IMG/VR virus record: IMGVR_UViG_3300045253_000023
Coordinates: 64,001-128,000 of that record
DNA: 64,000 bases
Origin: a virus
Strand: one strand, 5' to 3'
This document shows positions 60,400-64,000 of this stretch, one piece after another (within the stretch, counting starts at the first letter, position 1; each line of letters opens with the position of its first letter). Below the pieces are notes generated by a model. The model was not told the origin of the DNA. It was given only the letters and a program-made list of their open reading frames with translations, and searched no databases. Both the position numbers and the translations under genes were made by a program.

Positions 60400-60810
60400 G
60401 GTAATTGTTGGTGTCCCAACAGGCCGTCATTGCAAGATGAGTGTATGAAGCGAGCCGAAAGGTTCTTTGGACGCGGGTTCGATTCCCGCCATCTCCACCA
60501 AAATGTATTGTGGCGACCATGGGTTCAATTCCCTTAACTCTTAGGCCGAGTGGAAGCGAATGAGGAAAAGAGCTTAGCGGCTCGACAGGTTCAAATCCTG
60601 CTCAGTACATTTTGATGGGGATGCCCAGGTTTCGACAGGGGACATGACTAGGCAAGTGGACACTCCGCCGATGTTACTGGCGATTAAAGTGAAACAAAAC
60701 TCCAAATGCAGCTAACGATGCTGTTTTCGACCAGTCTTCGAACGTTCTTCAGTTCCGCAAGGCTGCTTGATATCAACTGTGATCCCGAGTGGATTCCTCA
60801 ACGGGATATG
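60400..60810 (+). ncRNA. ssrA: Circularly permuted (two-piece) tmRNA; outer ends approximate
   Basis: T arm + CATCTCC-ACCA (ends 60500) precedes GGGGATG..TTCGAC (60617); G3:U70; tag AANDAVFDQSSNVLQFRKAA* at 60708-60770. Confidence 0.92.
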
Positions 60811-60838
60811 GAAGGGCAGGGCAACCTGCCCTTTCTTT
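60811..60838 (+). terminator. Terminator after tmRNA
   Basis: gaagggcagg/cctgcccttt + T-run. Confidence 0.8.
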
Positions 60839-60908
60839 GTATGTTGATCATGCTATTACAATGAATGTCTTGGTTGAGCGTTTGTCGCCGACAATTCAAA
60901 GGAAACTC

Positions 60909-61511
60909 ATGAAGACCAAAGGTCAGATTTTGTATACAGTGATGGACTTCACACTCCGCACCTTGTTATCGGCGCTAATGGCGCTCTTGTTCATTCTACT
61001 CGCAGTCAAAGCAGCAGAATCTCGTCATCCAGAAACATTTGTCAGCGTGGAGCTATCTGTTCCAGCATACAAGGGAGTGCAACACTCCTTTGCTGACATT
61101 GAGGATATGGCGCGCAACATTTACTATGAGAGCAGAGGCCAACCTGACTTGGGGCAAGTGGCCGTCGCACATGTTGTACTAAATAGATTGCGAGCAGGAG
61201 TGTTTGCGAACACTGTTCATGGCGTGATCTATCAGCGCCTGCCTGTTTGTCAATTCTCATGGGTGTGCCAACCACGCTATCCAATCCACGACCAAGTGGC
61301 ATGGACCAAAGCAATGGTGATTGCACAGAACGTGCTTGAAGGCAACATTGCAGACCCAACTTCTGGGTCCTTGTACTTCCACGTCACAACCCTTGGGCTC
61401 TCTTCACAAGACGACAAGATCATTTGCATCAAGGATCATGTCTTCTACAACAAGAAGCCAATTGTATATGCAAAAGACAACAACAGAACAACTCCTACAC
61501 GACGCATTTGA
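60909..61511 (+). CDS. Cell-wall hydrolase (SleB/Hydrolase_2)
   Basis: NIYYESRGQ, AVAHVVLNR, QFSW, DPT.G.LYFH, HVFY; N-terminal TM helix. Confidence 0.9.
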   Translation: MKTKGQILYTVMDFTLRTLLSALMALLFILLAVKAAESRHPETFVSVELSVPAYKGVQHSFADIEDMARNIYYESRGQPDLGQVAVAHVVLNRLRAGVFANTVHGVIYQRLPVCQFSWVCQPRYPIHDQVAWTKAMVIAQNVLEGNIADPTSGSLYFHVTTLGLSSQDDKIICIKDHVFYNKKPIVYAKDNNRTTPTRRI

Positions 61512-61692
61512 GTTCAAGCGCAAAGCTGATGCCCTTCGGGTAGTTGCGGGCGAGCTCAAGGATGCGAATGACTTCAACACCAAGACCATTGCAGCCTGCT
61601 CACTCAGGCTGGATTCTCTTGCAATATCAACCAAGTACATGCTGGATCGCTGCTGGAAGGCAATGGAAATGACACAACAGCAGACTCCCTGT

Positions 61693-61762
61693 TAACCTGT
61701 TGATTGTTTGGAAAATTTAGTTTAAGAAATCGCTTGACTTTTGCTTCTGATGGGAGTAGAAT
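61693..61762 (+). promoter_or_regulatory. Early promoter cassette
   Basis: TAAcctgTTGATT, GGAAAATTTAGT, TTGACT-17-TAGAAT. Confidence 0.8.
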
Positions 61763-62425
61763 AGGCTCCTGAGATAGGAGATTTGTGATGGTTACTGCTG
61801 AAATGCGTCGTGAGAAGTTTGCCTTTGAATTGGGTCATGAAGATCGTGCGGATTTCAACCCGCGTGCTCCTTTCGCCAATCGTCCCGCGTTTGAACGCGA
61901 CTATCATTCAACCCATCGATCCATGAATGGTCGTGCTTCGGTTCCATTTGGAGCCAAGGCCGAATTCAGAATGGTCTTGGGTCTTGGCAACACGCGTTGG
62001 GTTGCTGGTCCAATCTGGGCATATTCGCTCGTTGCGCTTGCTCCTGACAATCAGAAGCAACTCGAATCCATTGGTGTGGTGTTCTTGCCATGAAATATAT
62101 CTGGAAGGTCTCCGAAGCCCCAACTGGCCCATATCGCTCATTTCAAAAGCGTGGTTGGCCAACTGCCGAAACTCCTGCTGGCGAAGTTGTTGCCACCATC
62201 GGGTGCGTCGATGACTATCGTCCTGCTGATGTGAAGACTGGCAAACACCAGCCTCTCATTCTTCGAGTTCGCCGCAAAACATCCACATCTGAAGAAATTG
62301 AGAAGTTTGGTGGATTCCGTTGGTTGCGTATGATCAAGGAGTTCGCTACCCTCGATGAAGCCAAGGCTGCATTCAAACGTTTTGTTGACAATAACCCTGA
62401 ACATCCTTTCATCTGAGGATTCATA

Positions 62426-64000
62426 ATGAAGTCAAACATTGTCCGCAAACTCACGGACGTTGAACACGTTCGCAAGAAGCCTTCAATGTACATCGGTGGT
62501 TGTCAGCTTGAGAAGCTGAACCGCTGGACACTTGATGGTGATCAGATTGTTTTCAAGGAAGTCGAGTTTGTACCTGCGCTCCTCAAGATGTTTGATGAGA
62601 TCGTGTCCAACTCCATTGATGAAGCAATCCGCACCAACTTCAAGCACGCCAACAAGATCAATATCCAAATCAAGCCTGACCACGTCATTGTTGCTGACAA
62701 TGGGCGTGGCATTCCTGTTGTCGCATCAATCGATGACCCCAATTCCACTTCCGCTGTCATGGCACTGACCCATCTTCGCGCGGGTGCAAACTTTGAGGAT
62801 GATGGTGCGGTGTCAATCGGCACGCATGGACTCGGCGCATCACTGGTCAACATCCTGTCGCGCAAATTCATTGCATGGTCTGATGATGGCAAGAAGCGCC
62901 AGCATATCCGTTGCGCTGATCAAATGCGCGAGACCAAGACCTCAATCACCACATCGTTTGCATCTGGTGTGTCCATTGAGTATTGGCCTGACTTCTCATT
63001 CTTCGATTGCAAGAACATGTCAGGCGACCTGTCAGTGTTGCTGCAAAAGCGTGTCCATGATCTGGCGGCAAACTTTCCCCAGATTCAGTTCATGCTCAAT
63101 GGATCCAAAATCAAGGCAGCCTCCTTCAAGAACTACGTGTCCATGTTGGCACTGCCATTTGAAATTCATGAGACTGACAAGTTCAAGGTGGCTGTGGTTG
63201 CCTCTGAGGAATACAATCAAATCTCCTTTGTCAATGGCATTGACACTTATGAAGGTGGTGCGCATGTTGACTATGTTCGCGCAGTGCTCATTCCCGAGAT
63301 TCTTGGACGTCTGAAGAAGAAGTACAAGAAGCTGGACTTGGGCACGCTCGATGTCAAGAGCAAGCTGACCTTTGTTGTGATGTCAGCATCCATTCCAAAG
63401 CCCAAGTTTCGTTCGCAGACCAAGGAATACATCACCAACAGTCCTGCGGAAATGGGCAAGGTGTTTGCTGGTGTTGCTGATGAGAAGTTTGTTCGACACA
63501 TCTGCGGCAATGAAGAGATCATCAACAAGATTGTTGAGACCAAGCAGTTCAAGCTGGAGCTACAGGAACATCGCGACGCCAATGACAAACAGAAGAACAT
63601 GAAGAAGGTGCGTGTGCCAAAGCACATCCCTGCTAATGGTGATCCTGCGAAGGCAACTCTGTTCCTCGTTGAAGGCGACTCAGCAGCTGGTCCATTCACC
63701 AAGGCGCGCGATGCCGAGAAACACGGAGCATTCCCGTTGCGTGGCAAGCCTTTGAACACCTATGGCGAGAAGCCGAACACAATCCTCGGCAATGCCGAGT
63801 TGCTCCAGTTGATGTCGATCCTCAACCTGAAGTTTGGTGATGGACCAGGCACCAAGTTGAACTATGGCAAGATCGCGATCATGGCTGATGCCGACGTGGA
63901 TGGCTATAACATTTGCTGCCTGATGCTGGCCTTCTTCAATCACTGGCCATGGCTCTTCAAAGAAGGTCGAGTGTTCATTGTGCGTTGCCCGATCATGAAG
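62426..64000 (+). CDS. DNA topoisomerase II large subunit (ATPase + TOPRIM), 3' truncated; absent from ORF track
   Basis: Manual translation: EHVRKKPSMYIG, DEIVSNSIDE, DNGRGIP, VEGDSA, PLRGKPLN, DADVDG. Confidence 0.93.
   Translation, partial: MKSNIVRKLTDVEHVRKKPSMYIGGCQLEKLNRWTLDGDQIVFKEVEFVPALLKMFDEIVSNSIDEAIRTNFKHANKINIQIKPDHVIVADNGRGIPVVASIDDPNSTSAVMALTHLRAGANFEDDGAVSIGTHGLGASLVNILSRKFIAWSDDGKKRQHIRCADQMRETKTSITTSFASGVSIEYWPDFSFFDCKNMSGDLSVLLQKRVHDLAANFPQIQFMLNGSKIKAASFKNYVSMLALPFEIHETDKFKVAVVASEEYNQISFVNGIDTYEGGAHVDYVRAVLIPEILGRLKKKYKKLDLGTLDVKSKLTFVVMSASIPKPKFRSQTKEYITNSPAEMGKVFAGVADEKFVRHICGNEEIINKIVETKQFKLELQEHRDANDKQKNMKKVRVPKHIPANGDPAKATLFLVEGDSAAGPFTKARDAEKHGAFPLRGKPLNTYGEKPNTILGNAELLQLMSILNLKFGDGPGTKLNYGKIAIMADADVDGYNICCLMLAFFNHWPWLFKEGRVFIVRCPIMK

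Noticed and set aside
1-64000. Minus-strand ORFs and many + strand ORFs lying over tRNAs
   Set aside because: They shadow well-supported + strand genes or RNAs and lack RBS or protein motifs.
1-64000. Retron, DGR, integrase or transposase
   Set aside because: No reverse transcriptase, recombinase or transposase motifs recognised.

Overview
64 kb of a large T4-like/jumbo dsDNA bacteriophage genome; essentially all genes are on the + strand and the standard genetic code is used. Left end: class II ribonucleotide reductase (3' part), dCMP deaminase, RuvC-like resolvase and a block of probable head-packaged proteins. 10.7-37 kb: an RNA-gene island with about 46 tRNAs covering all 20 amino acids (many with non-canonical folds), tRNA-like fragments, a minimal ~216-nt RNase P RNA, several orphan structured RNAs, and nine ncRNAs that share a covarying terminal stem plus an unpaired CAGC motif. 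Three of the nine carry circularly permuted tRNA modules (YrlA-like order), and three sit in tandem just upstream of a DUF2828 (TROVE/Ro60-like + vWA) gene. This candidate Ro60/Y-RNA-like RNP system is the most novel-looking signal. Right part: GATase/amidoligase/GNAT/aGPT-Pplase2 DNA-hypermodification cluster, many small early genes behind a repeated sigma70 promoter cassette, UvrD helicase, RNA ligase, NadM-Nudix + NAMPT NAD salvage, a circularly permuted two-piece tmRNA, a cell-wall hydrolase and topoisomerase II (runs off the window). All calls are by eye from motifs; no database search or folding software was run, so coordinates may be off by a few nt.
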